Numbered from the stretch's first letter, positions 26,326-36,539 are shown. The stretch is 64,000 nucleotides of DNA from Candidatus Sericytochromatia bacterium (GCA_035285865.1 JAYKHS010000007.1:32001-96000); one strand, 5' to 3'. Notes: a model not told the origin generated them from the letters alone. A program made the numbers and translations.

Positions 26326-27639
26326 GTGAGCGGGGCCAAAATGGGCGCGGACGGCTGGGAAGTCGCCGTGGTGGGCGGCGGGGCGGCAGGCATGCTGGCC
26401 GCCCTCGAGTCGGCGCGCGCCGGTGCACGCACCATCCTGCTCGAGAAGACGAGTCGGCTTGGCACCAAACTGCGCATCTCCGGCGGGGGCCGCTGCAACA
26501 TCACCAATGCCTTGGACGACCTGAAGGCATGGGAGCGGATGTTTCCGGGAAACGGGGCCTTCCTGCGTCATGCCCTGCGTGCTTATCCCCCGGCAGCGTT
26601 CCTTGACCTGATGCACGAGGAAGGAGTTCCGACCCATGTCGAGCCCCCCTACGGCAAGGTCTTCCCGGCCAGTGGCAAGTCCGGCGACATCCTCGATGCC
26701 CTGATGCGGGCCATGCGCCGGGCGGGCGTCACGATCCGGACGGATGCCCCCGTGCGGGACGTCCTGACAGGAGAGGACGGCGCGGTTTGCGGCCTGCTGC
26801 TGGACGGCGGTCGCCAACTGGCTGCGGGTGCCGTCATCTGGTGCACCGGCGGGCGTTCCTTCCCGAAGTCGGGAAGCACGGGGGACGGCTATCCGGTGCT
26901 GCGCAGGCTAGGCCACACCATCGCACCGACGTACCCGTCGCTCGTCCCGTTGCGGGTCTCGGGCACGACCGAACATGCGGGTGTGGCGCTGCGTGGCATC
27001 CGCGGGAGGGCTCGGGTCCCCGGGCAGGGTGAGCCCATGCCGTGGGAGGGTGACGTGCTCTGGACACACTTCGGGCTCTCCGGGCCGATCGTCCTGCAGT
27101 TGAGCCGAGCACTCGCCGAAGGCTGGGTGCGGGGCACCGCCGGCCGGCTGGAGCTCGACCTCGTCCCGGACCGCTCGGCCGAGCAGCTTGACCAGAGCTT
27201 TCGGCAGCTGGTGACGTCGGCCGGTGGGAGGACGGCCCGAAGCCTCGTGCCGGACCTGGTGCCCCGGGCGCTCGTACCCGAGGTGCTGGCATCGGCCGAA
27301 GTCCCCGCCGAACGGCGTCTCGCGGAGATGACGCGTGCAGAGCGGCAGCGCCTGGTCTCGACCTTCAAGGGGTGGGCCTTCGCACCTTCGGGCTGGCACT
27401 CCTTCGAGGCGGCGGAAGTCACGGCCGGTGGCGTGGTGGTCGCGGAAGTGAATCCGCGCACGATGGCCTCGCGCAAGGTGAATGGCCTCTACCTCGCGGG
27501 CGAGGTGCTGGACGTGGACGGCTTCGTGGGGGGCTACAACCTGCAGGCCGCGTGGTCGACGGGTGCGGCTGCAGGCAGGGCCGCGGCCGCCCGAGCCGTC
27601 ACGTGCCGATCCGCGTCCCCGTCTGCTACGATCCGCTGA
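26326..27639 (+). CDS. HI0933/YhiN-family NAD(P)/FAD-dependent oxidoreductase
   Basis: GGGAAGM, KLRISGGGRCNITN, TGG.SFP..GSTGDGY, HFGLSGP, GGYNLQAAWSTG; GTG 26326 lies 6 nt after TACCAT (alternative ATG 26341). Confidence 0.93.
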   Translation: MSGAKMGADGWEVAVVGGGAAGMLAALESARAGARTILLEKTSRLGTKLRISGGGRCNITNALDDLKAWERMFPGNGAFLRHALRAYPPAAFLDLMHEEGVPTHVEPPYGKVFPASGKSGDILDALMRAMRRAGVTIRTDAPVRDVLTGEDGAVCGLLLDGGRQLAAGAVIWCTGGRSFPKSGSTGDGYPVLRRLGHTIAPTYPSLVPLRVSGTTEHAGVALRGIRGRARVPGQGEPMPWEGDVLWTHFGLSGPIVLQLSRALAEGWVRGTAGRLELDLVPDRSAEQLDQSFRQLVTSAGGRTARSLVPDLVPRALVPEVLASAEVPAERRLAEMTRAERQRLVSTFKGWAFAPSGWHSFEAAEVTAGGVVVAEVNPRTMASRKVNGLYLAGEVLDVDGFVGGYNLQAAWSTGAAAGRAAAARAVTCRSASPSATIR

Positions 27640-27656
27640 CCTTTTCCGGAGACACC

Positions 27657-29159
27657 ATGCGCCATCCCCGCTCCAGCGGCCTGCTGCTGCACCCCACCTC
27701 ACTGCCCGGTCCGTTCGGGATCGGCGACATCGGTCCCATGGCGCACAGCTTCGTCGACTTCCTCGCCATGGCCGGGCAGTCGCTCTGGCAAGTCCTGCCC
27801 CTGGGGCCGACCAGCTTCGGGGACTCGCCCTACCAGTGCCTGTCCTCGTTTGCCGGCAACCCCAACCTGATCTCGCCCGAGGCACTTGCCGAAGCCGGTC
27901 TCGTGACGGCCGAGGAGTTGGCGGCCTATCCGCGATTCGATGACGGCCGCATCCGCTTCGGCCCGGCCATCGAGGCCAAGCAGGCACTCCTGCGCGAGGT
28001 CCATCGCCACTGGGAAGGGCGGGCGAGCCAGACGCTCAAGGACCGCTTCTCCCGCTTCGTGCGGGGGCACGCACAGGCCGGCTGGCTCGAGGATTTCGCC
28101 CTCTTCATGGCCCTCAAGGCCGCCCATCAGGGCGCTCCGTGGCCGCAATGGCCGGCTGCCATCCGGGACCGAGATGCGGGAGCCCTCGACGACGCACGGC
28201 GCCGCCTCGCCCACGACATCGGTTATCACCTGCTCTGCCAGTTCCTCTTCCGCGAGCAGTGGGATGCCCTGCGCCAGCGCGCGGCCCTGGATGGTATCAA
28301 GCTGGTCGGGGACATCCCCATCTTCGTCGCCTACGACTCGGCTGATGTCTGGCGCGACCGCTCCCTTTTCCAACTGGATGATCAGGGCCGTCCGAAGGCC
28401 GTGGCCGGCGTCCCGCCGGACTACTTCAGCCGGACCGGCCAGCTCTGGGGCAATCCCCTGTACGACTGGCAGGCGGTGGCGGATGACGACTACCAGTGGT
28501 GGGCCCGCAGGCTGGGTCATGCCCTCTCGCTCTGCGACATCCTGCGCCTCGACCATTTCCGAGGCTTCGAGGCCTACTGGGCCGTCCCGGCCGGTGCCCC
28601 GACGGCCGAGAGCGGAGCCTGGGAACCCGGTCCCGGGCAGGCGTTCCTCGATGCGATGCGGCGTCATCTGGGCCACCTGCCCCTGATCGCCGAGGATCTG
28701 GGCGTGATCACCCCTCCCGTTGCCGCGCTCCGCGACGACAACGAACTGCCGGGGATGCGCATCCTGCAGTTCGCCTGGGATGGCAAGGCGACCAACGACT
28801 TCCTGCCGCACCGCCACGACCCGCGCAGTGTCGTCTACACCGGCACGCACGACAACGCCACCACGCGCGGCTGGTGGCAGGGTGCGTCCAAGGAGGAGCG
28901 GGCGCGGGTGGCGGCCTACCTCGGCAAGCCTGTCGACGATCCCGCCTGGGCGCTGATTGAACTGGGCATGCGTTCGCCGGCGGACCAGGTCATCATCCCG
29001 CTGCAGGATCTCCTCTCGCTCGGGGACGAGGGGCGCATGAACCTGCCGGGCGCAGCCGAGGGCAACTGGGGTTGGCGCCTCGGGCAGCCCGGACTCTCCG
29101 AGGCCATCGCCCGGAGGCTCGGCGACCTCACGAGAACCTACGGACGCTGGCCTGCCTAA
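27657..29159 (+). CDS. malQ: 4-alpha-glucanotransferase (amylomaltase, GH77)
   Basis: GLLLHPTSLPG, GVPPDYFSRTGQLWGNPLY, RLDHFRGF, IAEDLG, YTGTHDN. Confidence 0.96.
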   Translation: MRHPRSSGLLLHPTSLPGPFGIGDIGPMAHSFVDFLAMAGQSLWQVLPLGPTSFGDSPYQCLSSFAGNPNLISPEALAEAGLVTAEELAAYPRFDDGRIRFGPAIEAKQALLREVHRHWEGRASQTLKDRFSRFVRGHAQAGWLEDFALFMALKAAHQGAPWPQWPAAIRDRDAGALDDARRRLAHDIGYHLLCQFLFREQWDALRQRAALDGIKLVGDIPIFVAYDSADVWRDRSLFQLDDQGRPKAVAGVPPDYFSRTGQLWGNPLYDWQAVADDDYQWWARRLGHALSLCDILRLDHFRGFEAYWAVPAGAPTAESGAWEPGPGQAFLDAMRRHLGHLPLIAEDLGVITPPVAALRDDNELPGMRILQFAWDGKATNDFLPHRHDPRSVVYTGTHDNATTRGWWQGASKEERARVAAYLGKPVDDPAWALIELGMRSPADQVIIPLQDLLSLGDEGRMNLPGAAEGNWGWRLGQPGLSEAIARRLGDLTRTYGRWPA

Positions 29160-29195
29160 GGTCCTCAAGGCCCCGTGACGTGCTAGATTGAAGCC

Positions 29196-30167
29196 ATGAA
29201 CTTTCTTGACCAGCTCAAGAATCTTGCCAACAAGGGCAAGGACGAGCCGAAGCCTGCCGCCGAGGAAGGCGGTCTGCCTGCTGCGCGCCCGCGGAAGCGG
29301 CGCAAGCAGAACCTGAACCCGCTCGATCCCAAGAACCTGCCGGCCCTGATTCCGGTTGCCATCGCGGCCATCGGCGGGCTGGTGTTCGTCATCTATCTGG
29401 CGATCCAGAACATCTTCTTCGCGCCGCCTCCCATCCCGACGGATACCCCTCCCCCGCTCCAGACGCCGCCCCCGGCTACCGACAGCGTGCCGGCCGGATC
29501 CGCGACGGGCACCTTGCCGGTGGCGATGGATGCTTCTGCCGCGATGGACCCTGCGAACCCGGTCACGAGCGTGGCGACCTACTATCCGCCACCCCGGCCC
29601 ATCAGTCTGCCGCAGGCCGGAGCTACCGGCCAAGCCGCCCAACCCGCGGCCAATCCCGCGATGATGCCGGCCTCCAGCGGCAACCAGATACCCCGTCTTG
29701 ACGTCCTCTACGTGCCCGAGCAGCCCAATGCTCCGGTGCACCTGGCCAGCACGGCAGAGGAACTCGGGCAAACCGACCTGATCTTCTGGCAGATGATTCC
29801 GGTCCGGGACATCCGCGTCAGGGTCCACCAGCGCCAGCGCTTGTCGACCACCGGCGAGGCCGTGGTCCTGATCGAGTTCGAGGATGACCCCGCGGCCATG
29901 GCCGGGCGCGTCACCCGCAAGAAACCCGACAACACGGTGGAGACCTACATCCTTGCATCGCGGGACACGGCGTGGGTACCCGAATCGACGACCCTTCGCG
30001 GGGCACAGTACCTGAATCTGGTGTCCCCCGTGACGGCTGCCCGCGCCGGTGCCGTGCTGGCCGGATGGGAGGATCTGATCAGGCGAGCAGTCGAAGCGGC
30101 CGCGCTCACGGCCTCGGGGTCCGGAGCCGCCCAGCCTGCTGCCGGGGCGCTGCCGCAGCGCCCCTGA
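29196..30167 (+). CDS. Hypothetical single-pass membrane protein with Pro-rich linker
   Basis: Strong coding bias, one TM helix; TGCTAGATT extended -10 box 6 nt upstream. Confidence 0.75.
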   Translation: MNFLDQLKNLANKGKDEPKPAAEEGGLPAARPRKRRKQNLNPLDPKNLPALIPVAIAAIGGLVFVIYLAIQNIFFAPPPIPTDTPPPLQTPPPATDSVPAGSATGTLPVAMDASAAMDPANPVTSVATYYPPPRPISLPQAGATGQAAQPAANPAMMPASSGNQIPRLDVLYVPEQPNAPVHLASTAEELGQTDLIFWQMIPVRDIRVRVHQRQRLSTTGEAVVLIEFEDDPAAMAGRVTRKKPDNTVETYILASRDTAWVPESTTLRGAQYLNLVSPVTAARAGAVLAGWEDLIRRAVEAAALTASGSGAAQPAAGALPQRP

Positions 30168-30176
30168 GGCCCGCTA

Positions 30177-30217
30177 GCCAAAGAGCCCGTGCGCCAGCTG
30201 GCGGCGGGCTCTTTGGC
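30177..30217 (+). terminator. Intrinsic terminator-like hairpin
   Basis: GCCAAAGAGCCCG...CGGGCTCTTTGGC inverted repeat just after the stop. Confidence 0.65.
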
Positions 30218-30294
30218 ATGGGGGAGAGAGCGATGGCCTGCGCGACTCCCGGAGGCTTCACCAAGTCTTCCCCGCGCCCGCCCTGTACGAAATC

Positions 30295-30323
30295 TTGACA
30301 GCTCGTGCACGGCCTAGTACGGT
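30295..30323 (+). promoter_or_regulatory. Sigma70-type promoter of tetR-fadE
   Basis: TTGACA (30295-30300), 17-nt spacer, TACGGT (30318-30323). Confidence 0.7.
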
Positions 30324-30347
30324 TGTCCTATTAGGACGCTCGTACCA
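30315..30347. promoter_or_regulatory. Tandem palindromic operators, probably bound by the adjacent TetR
   Basis: TAGTACGGTTGTCCTA and TAGGACGCTCGTACCA, 1 nt apart, the first overlapping the -10 box. Confidence 0.65.
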
Positions 30348-31010
30348 ATGGCTCGCATGTCTGCTCCCCCGTCCGCGACACCTTCGGCGATTGTCGCGGC
30401 GGCTGCGGAGTTGTTCCGCAAGCACGGGTATGCAGGGACCTCCATCCAGCAGGTTTCGGCTGCCGTGGGACTGTCCAAGGGCAACCTGACCTACCACTTC
30501 CCCAGCAAGCGCGAGCTTTTCGATGCGGTCCAGCACGAGGCCCTGCGCTACGTTGAAGAGCGGGTCATGGACCGGTCCTTTGCCGAAGGCCCGGATACCC
30601 TGTCCGGCCTCGAGGCGTTCGCGCGCCGCCTGCGCCGCCTGTTCGTGGACGAGCAGGACGTCTTCGTGGGGTGCCTCTTCACGAATGTGGCGATGGAGAC
30701 GCGACACGCGGATCGCGCCGTGGCCGACATGGCCCGCCATCCGCTGGTGGTCCTGCGCGAGCGCGTGGCCCATCATCTGGCCCGCGGTCAGGCGCTGGGC
30801 GAGGTGCGCACCGATCTTCCGCCCGAGACGCTTGCCCGGATGTTCTTCTGGCTGTACGAGGGGGCCCTGACGATGGCCCGGGCTCTCGAGGACAGCGCCG
30901 AATACGACCTCTTCCGCAGTTCGCTGCGGCAGTGGTTCGCCCCTGGTGCCGCCCGTCCGGATGGGGCGGCCAAGGTTCCAACCCACACGATGCCTTCAGG
31001 AGGCCAGTGA
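30348..31010 (+). CDS. TetR/AcrR family transcriptional regulator
   Basis: HTH AAELFRKHGYAGTSIQQV...GLSKGNLTYHFPSKREL; GCLFTN in the C-terminal domain. Confidence 0.93.
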   Translation: MARMSAPPSATPSAIVAAAAELFRKHGYAGTSIQQVSAAVGLSKGNLTYHFPSKRELFDAVQHEALRYVEERVMDRSFAEGPDTLSGLEAFARRLRRLFVDEQDVFVGCLFTNVAMETRHADRAVADMARHPLVVLRERVAHHLARGQALGEVRTDLPPETLARMFFWLYEGALTMARALEDSAEYDLFRSSLRQWFAPGAARPDGAAKVPTHTMPSGGQ

Positions 31011-31015
31011 CGATC

Positions 31016-33484
31016 ATGGAAGCAGCAATCTGGGGGGGGATGGCCGTACTGGCCATCGGCCTCCTCTATGCCAGACAGGGATACTGGGCGTGGGTCGTGC
31101 CGGGCGCGGCCGGCCTGACGTGGTGGTGGCAGCAGGGTGGCGTGGAGACCACCGGCTTCCAGGCTGCGGCCGGGCTCTGGGCGTCGGCGGCCGTGCTCTT
31201 CGGCGTCGCGCCGCTGCGTCGGGCCCTGTTGTCGGGCGGCATCATGAAGTTCGTGACGACCATCCTGCCCAGGATGGGCGAGACCGAGCGCATCGCACTC
31301 GAGGCCGGAACCGTCTGGTGGGATGGGCAGATCTTCTCGGGCAACCCCGACTGGAGCAAGCTCCTGAACTTCCGGGTCCAGCCCCTGTCCGCCGAGGAAC
31401 AAGCCTTCATGGACGGACCCGTCGAGAAGGTCTGCTCGATGATCCACGACTTCAATGCCGAGCAGGCGGGTGACCTGCCCAAGGAAGTCTGGGACTATCT
31501 CAAGCGCGAGAAGTTCCTCGGGATGATCATCCCCAAGGCCTACGGCGGACTTGAGTTCTCGGCCGCCGCGCAGTCGGCGGTGATCGTCAAGCTGGGCAGC
31601 CGCAACGGCACGGCCGCCGTAAGCGTGATGGTGCCCAACTCGCTTGGCCCTGCGGAGCTGCTGCTGCACTACGGCACGGAAGACCAGAAGAACTACTATC
31701 TGCCCCGCCTCGCCATCGGCGAAGAAGTCCCGTGCTTTGCCCTGACAGGTCCCGAGGCCGGCTCGGACGCGGGTGGCACCCAGTCCACGGGCGTCGTCTG
31801 CCGCGGGATGTGGGAAGGCAAGGAAGTCCTTGGCATGAAGCTGAACTGGCGCAAGCGCTACATCACGCTGGCCCCGGTGGCCACCGTGCTGGGCCTCGCC
31901 TTCAAGCTGCTCGATCCGGATCACCTGATCGGCGACAAGGACGATCTGGGCATCACCTGCGCCCTGGTTCCGGCGGACCTGCCCGGCATCGAGATCGGCG
32001 AGCGCCATGACCCTCTGGGCAACAGCTTCATGAACGGTCCGACCTTCGGAACGGATGTCTTCGTGCCGCTCGACTTCATCATCGGCGGACAGAAGATGGC
32101 CGGCCAGGGCTGGCGCATGCTGATGGAGTGCCTGGCGGCCGGACGGTCGATCTCGCTGCCCGCCTCGGCCTGTGCCGCGGCCCAGGGTTGCACGCGGGCG
32201 GCAGGTGCGTACGCGACGATCCGCGAACAGTTCGACATGCCCATCGGTCGCTTCGAGGGCATCGAGGAACCTCTGGCGCGCATCGGTGGCCTCACCTACC
32301 TGATCGACTCCATGCGTCGCCTGACGGCGGGTGCCGTGGATTCGGGCGAGAAGCCCAGCGTCATCTCGGCCATCGCCAAGCGGTGGGCGACGGAAACGCA
32401 GCGGCAGATCGTCAACGACGCGATGGACATCGTGGCGGGGGCCGGCATCAGCCAGGGCGAACGCAACGTCATCGCCCGGGCCTACCTGAGCACGCCCATC
32501 GGCATCACGGTCGAGGGTGCCAACATCCTGACTCGAACGCTCATCGTCTTCGGGCAGGGGGCCATCCGCTGCCATCCCTTCGTGCAAACCGAGATGCGGG
32601 CGTGTGCCGAGAAGAACGTCGCGAAGTTCGACGGGGCCTTCTGGGGCCACATCAACTTCGTGTTCAGCAATGGGGTCCGGTCCTTGCTGCTGGGCCTGGT
32701 GGACGGTGCGTGGGCCCGGCCCGGGCATCGGCATGCCAAGGTCGCGCGGTATCTTGGCCAACTCAGCCGGATGTCCGCAGCCTTCGCGCTCTGCTCCGAT
32801 GCCGCGATGGGTACGCTGGGCGGCTCGCTCAAGGGGGCCCAGAAGCTGTCCGGCCGCTTGGCGGATGCGCTGGCCTACAACTACATGGCTTCCGCTGCCG
32901 TGAAGCGCTTCGTCGACGAGGGCTGCAAGCCCGAGCACGAGCCCTTCATGGACTGGAGCGTGCAGTTCGCCCTGTACCAGATCCAGGAGGCCCTCGACGG
33001 CTTCCTGCGTAACCTGCCGCTCCGGCCGGCCGCGTGGGCCCTCCGGCTGGCCGTGTTCCCCTTGGGTCGCCGTTATGCCCTGCCGGGCGATCGCGTCGGC
33101 GGCAAGGTGGCGCGTGCCCTGCTGGATGACCGTCAGGAGCGTCTGGACCTCACCCGGGACATCTACATTCCTCGGCTGGGCGAGCCTGGCCTCGGACTGT
33201 ACGAAGAGGCCCTCGACGCCGTCGTGGCCGCACAGCCTGCCGTCCGCAAGTTGAAGGAAGCCCTGCGCAGCCGCAAGCTGAACAAGTTCCCCGAGCAGAC
33301 GCAGGTGGAACGGGCGCTCGAGGCCGGCATCCTTACGGCCGAAGACAAGGCCCTGATGGATCGGGCGGATGCCTTCCGCGACGACGCCATTCAGGTGGAC
33401 AGCTTCCCGAAGGAGAGCTTCCCCCGGCGTCCCCGGGAGATCCACTCCAGCCCGGTGCGGGAGGCGGTGTCGGGGCGGCGGTAG
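31016..33484 (+). CDS. fadE: Acyl-CoA dehydrogenase (long E. coli FadE type)
   Basis: TERIALEAGTVWWD, MVPNSLGPAELL, CFALTGPEAGSDA, PIGITVEGANILTR; N-terminal TM helices. Confidence 0.95.
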   Translation: MEAAIWGGMAVLAIGLLYARQGYWAWVVPGAAGLTWWWQQGGVETTGFQAAAGLWASAAVLFGVAPLRRALLSGGIMKFVTTILPRMGETERIALEAGTVWWDGQIFSGNPDWSKLLNFRVQPLSAEEQAFMDGPVEKVCSMIHDFNAEQAGDLPKEVWDYLKREKFLGMIIPKAYGGLEFSAAAQSAVIVKLGSRNGTAAVSVMVPNSLGPAELLLHYGTEDQKNYYLPRLAIGEEVPCFALTGPEAGSDAGGTQSTGVVCRGMWEGKEVLGMKLNWRKRYITLAPVATVLGLAFKLLDPDHLIGDKDDLGITCALVPADLPGIEIGERHDPLGNSFMNGPTFGTDVFVPLDFIIGGQKMAGQGWRMLMECLAAGRSISLPASACAAAQGCTRAAGAYATIREQFDMPIGRFEGIEEPLARIGGLTYLIDSMRRLTAGAVDSGEKPSVISAIAKRWATETQRQIVNDAMDIVAGAGISQGERNVIARAYLSTPIGITVEGANILTRTLIVFGQGAIRCHPFVQTEMRACAEKNVAKFDGAFWGHINFVFSNGVRSLLLGLVDGAWARPGHRHAKVARYLGQLSRMSAAFALCSDAAMGTLGGSLKGAQKLSGRLADALAYNYMASAAVKRFVDEGCKPEHEPFMDWSVQFALYQIQEALDGFLRNLPLRPAAWALRLAVFPLGRRYALPGDRVGGKVARALLDDRQERLDLTRDIYIPRLGEPGLGLYEEALDAVVAAQPAVRKLKEALRSRKLNKFPEQTQVERALEAGILTAEDKALMDRADAFRDDAIQVDSFPKESFPRRPREIHSSPVREAVSGRR

Positions 33485-33500
33485 CGCGCCTTCGGACCAA

Positions 33501-33538
33501 GACACCCCCTGTTTCCGGTTTCGGGAGCAGGGGGTGTC
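33501..33538 (+). terminator. Terminator hairpin after fadE
   Basis: GACACCCCCTG...CAGGGGGTGTC inverted repeat. Confidence 0.65.
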
Positions 33539-33635
33539 CTCGAAAAGCTGCCTCTGCACGACCATTCATATGGTATGCTTATCTCAGCCAGCGTTTAGAT
33601 AATTATCGGCTATCTTTGAGCTATAGGAGTCTCCT

Positions 33636-34736
33636 TTGCATCGAGTCAACATCGCACTGCGCAGTGTCGTCCCCTTTGCCTTGGCGTGCACCATCGGCCT
33701 CGCTGCCTGCGCTCCTGCTTCGACAACCACCACCACTTCGACCCCTGCTCCCGCAAGTAGCCCCTCGCCCGCAAGTAGCCCCTCGCCCGCAACCAGCCCC
33801 TCGCCCGTGGCACAGGTCACGCCAACCCCGACCCTCACCTTGGGAACGCCTTCGATCGTGGCGAGTTTCGACGCAAGCCAAAGACAGTTCGCTGAGGGCC
33901 TCGCGTTGGACAAGTCAGGTGCTTATGCCTACACTGCCACGCTCGCCGGCGAGATTTTCAGGGTCAACCTGCAGGATGGCAAAAAACTGCGGGTAGCCAC
34001 CCTTGAAAACTTTCCGCAGGACACCGAGGAAGGACAACTATTTGTAGCGGGGGTTGCCTTCGATGCTGACGAGAATCTTGATATCGCCGTCGCCTACTTC
34101 GCCGAAGACGGCAAGTACGAATCTGGTATTTACCGCATGGCGAAGGGCGGTTCGGTTGCCAGCCTGCGCACACGAGTGCTGGGCTTTCCGAACGGCATTG
34201 CCTACGCTCCAGATGGCACGTGCTTCGTCAGCAACTCTTTCGGCCAGATCTTGACAGTCTCCGCATCAGGGGAGGCTTCCGAGTGGTTCAAAGAGGCTGG
34301 GGTGACCAACGGAGATGAGGATTCTGCCTGTGCCACCGGCTTGGTGATCGGTGCAAATGGCATTCATGTCACCGGTGATGCCGTGTACTTCACCAATTCC
34401 GACCGGGCTCAGCTGGTTAAGGTGGTCCGCAAATCCGACGGCACGGCAGGAGAGCGGTCCTTCGTTGTGTCCTCCAACTGCGCCACATTCAACGGTGCCG
34501 ACGGATTGGTCCTGGGTCCCGACGGTAACTTCTACGTAGCATCCAATAACCAGAATGCCCTGCTCAAGGTCACACCAGCCGGCGCTGTCAGTGTCGTAGC
34601 GAGCAGCTCGGTGTTCGCGTTCCCGACCAGCCTGGTCTACAGCGCCAAGGACAGCGCGATTTACCTTAGTAATTTCGCCTACGGCGGCGATGTCAATAAG
34701 CCGGGTATCGTAAAGGTTCCCGTCCAGAGGAACTGA
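33636..34736 (+). CDS. SMP-30/gluconolactonase-like beta-propeller lipoprotein
   Basis: Lipobox LAAC, Ser/Pro/Thr linker, AEGLALD, FPNGIAY, GANGI, GADGLVL blades; AGGAG SD before TTG. Confidence 0.82.
   Translation: MHRVNIALRSVVPFALACTIGLAACAPASTTTTTSTPAPASSPSPASSPSPATSPSPVAQVTPTPTLTLGTPSIVASFDASQRQFAEGLALDKSGAYAYTATLAGEIFRVNLQDGKKLRVATLENFPQDTEEGQLFVAGVAFDADENLDIAVAYFAEDGKYESGIYRMAKGGSVASLRTRVLGFPNGIAYAPDGTCFVSNSFGQILTVSASGEASEWFKEAGVTNGDEDSACATGLVIGANGIHVTGDAVYFTNSDRAQLVKVVRKSDGTAGERSFVVSSNCATFNGADGLVLGPDGNFYVASNNQNALLKVTPAGAVSVVASSSVFAFPTSLVYSAKDSAIYLSNFAYGGDVNKPGIVKVPVQRN
33750..33806 (+). repeat. 18-bp tandem repeat (3 copies) encoding PASSPS/PATSPS linker
   Basis: CCCGCAAGTAGCCCCTCG twice, then CCCGCAACCAGCCCCTCG. 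Confidence 0.8.
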
Positions 34737-34754
34737 GACCATTGAGGTCGATGC

Positions 34755-34794
34755 TCCCGCGCCCCGCGTTCCTGATGGAACACGGGGCGCGGGA
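34755..34794. terminator. Hairpin between convergent genes
   Basis: TCCCGCGCCCCG...CGGGGCGCGGGA. Confidence 0.65.
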
Positions 34795-34833
34795 TCTCTT
34801 GGGAAGTGTGTGAGCGGATGCGCGGACCGTCCT

Positions 34834-35739
34834 TCAGACGAGTGCCGTGTCGAGGAACGGGAGTAAGTCCACGATGGCCTGTTCCCGTGGAGTAGGCGGC
34901 AAGCCCCGCCGCATCCGCATCTGCACCCACCAGGCGCGCCCGTGAACCTCGAGCCGGATGCCGAGGCGCACGAGGGGCACGGCCCACGGGTGGTGCTTGC
35001 GGGCCAGAAGCACACTACCCGCATAACCCTCACGAATGGCCTTGGCAAGAACCGCAGGGTCCGACCGCGTGGCCACGCCCTCGTGATGACGAACGTGGAT
35101 CGCGGGCGCACACGCGATCGTCCAACCCGCCTTGCGCAGCCGCCATGAAAGGTCGAGGTCCTCGTTGTAGAAGAAGAAGCCCTCGTCGAGCCAGCCGATG
35201 GCGTCAAGCGCCTCGCGCCGAAGCAGAAGACAGGTCCCCGGCAGCCAATTCATCCGGACAAGGCCCCGGCCGCGTCGCCTCCACGGCGCCATCGGCGGCC
35301 CCTGGACCCGACCGTCCGGCCAGTGCATCAGGGGCGACAGGGCACCGAGCGTGGGGTCGGCATCCATGACCGCCACCAGCCTTTCGAGGGCTTGCGGCAG
35401 CATGGTGACATCGGAGTTGAGCAGCAAGACATAGGGCGCAGCTACGTGGCGACCGCCGCGGTTGCACGCAGCCGCAAACCCCACGTTCTCGGCATTCCGC
35501 AGGATGACGGCATCCGGTGCCGCCCGCTCCACAACGGCCAGACTGTCATCCGTTGAGGCGTTGTCGACCACGACCGCCACATAGGACTCGGGAACTGCTG
35601 CAGCAGGCAACGCGGCCAGAGTGGACGAGAGGACGGAGGCACCGTTCAGGTTCGGGATGACGACGACGACCCGCGGTGACGCCTGGAGAGCGGCTGGCGG
35701 GACGGATGGTCCGGGGGCATGGGGCATGGGCAAGCCCAT
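34834..35739 (-). CDS. Glycosyltransferase family 2 (rhamnosyltransferase-like)
   Basis: VVDNASTD, NVGFAAACNRG, LLLNSD, FFFYNEDLDL; true start may be ATG 35727. Confidence 0.92.
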   Translation of the reverse strand: MGLPMPHAPGPSVPPAALQASPRVVVVIPNLNGASVLSSTLAALPAAAVPESYVAVVVDNASTDDSLAVVERAAPDAVILRNAENVGFAAACNRGGRHVAAPYVLLLNSDVTMLPQALERLVAVMDADPTLGALSPLMHWPDGRVQGPPMAPWRRRGRGLVRMNWLPGTCLLLRREALDAIGWLDEGFFFYNEDLDLSWRLRKAGWTIACAPAIHVRHHEGVATRSDPAVLAKAIREGYAGSVLLARKHHPWAVPLVRLGIRLEVHGRAWWVQMRMRRGLPPTPREQAIVDLLPFLDTALV

Positions 35740-35757
35740 GCTAGCAGGGCCGCCCGT

Positions 35758-36285
35758 TCAGAAGCCCCACTCACCCACATAGGCTGCGAAGGCCTGCCAC
35801 TGCCGAAACGGGATGATGCCCGGATCCGCACCCTCAGGCGTATCCCAGGCCTTCAGGAACTCCCTCCGCAGGCGATAGGCAAGCGGTGCCCCTCCGATCA
35901 TCAGGTCGTCCAAAGTGCCCACCCATTCGGGAATCTCCTCCCATCCCGTCACGTGCCGCAGGGTGCGCAGCACGGCAGGGTCACCAAGCTGATCGACTCT
36001 GGTCTCGTGCAGCCACCGATCGAGCAGGGCAAGGCGACGAGGTTGCTCGGCAGGATCCATGAAGGAAACCGTCGTGCGGCAGGACTCGGCCAGATCTTCG
36101 AGTGAGCGGAACCAGAACAGCACCGGCCCGACGTCCGGCAGGTCCGGGAGCCGAACGCAATAGCCCACCAGCGTGGCCGGTGCCACACCGTCCCGGACCA
36201 GTTGCGCAAGGGCCCCGAGGGCAATCGGCGGGGCCGGGGCGCGGACGGGCGTGATGCCGAGATCGGTGACGAGCGTGTCCTGCAC
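35758..36285 (-). CDS. Hypothetical protein
   Basis: AAGGAG SD upstream of GTG; coding-like bias. Confidence 0.65.
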   Translation of the reverse strand: MQDTLVTDLGITPVRAPAPPIALGALAQLVRDGVAPATLVGYCVRLPDLPDVGPVLFWFRSLEDLAESCRTTVSFMDPAEQPRRLALLDRWLHETRVDQLGDPAVLRTLRHVTGWEEIPEWVGTLDDLMIGGAPLAYRLRREFLKAWDTPEGADPGIIPFRQWQAFAAYVGEWGF

Positions 36286-36539
36286 GATGAACTCCTTCCG
36301 GAACCCGGTCCGGCCGCGATGCCTTGCATCAACATCTTCAGGGATTTCTCCTGCCGAAGAACACGTCTTTTCCGGACTCTTGAAAATCCCGGAACATGTT
36401 GCCTTGAGCTTGCCGAGACCCCCTGCACGGTGGAAGAAACGAAGCCACTGGCGGCGTGCTTGTCAAGGAAAGCACCGGTGCGTGCGGCCGGTCAGCGGGG
36501 CATGAACCGAGGATTCTCGAACGGATCGGCGACTCCCTC

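Noticed and set aside
36300..36480. GAACACGT/GAACATGTT motifs as LexA boxes, or a riboswitch in this intergenic region
   Set aside because: They do not fit GAAC-N4-GTTC, and I could not recognise any riboswitch consensus.
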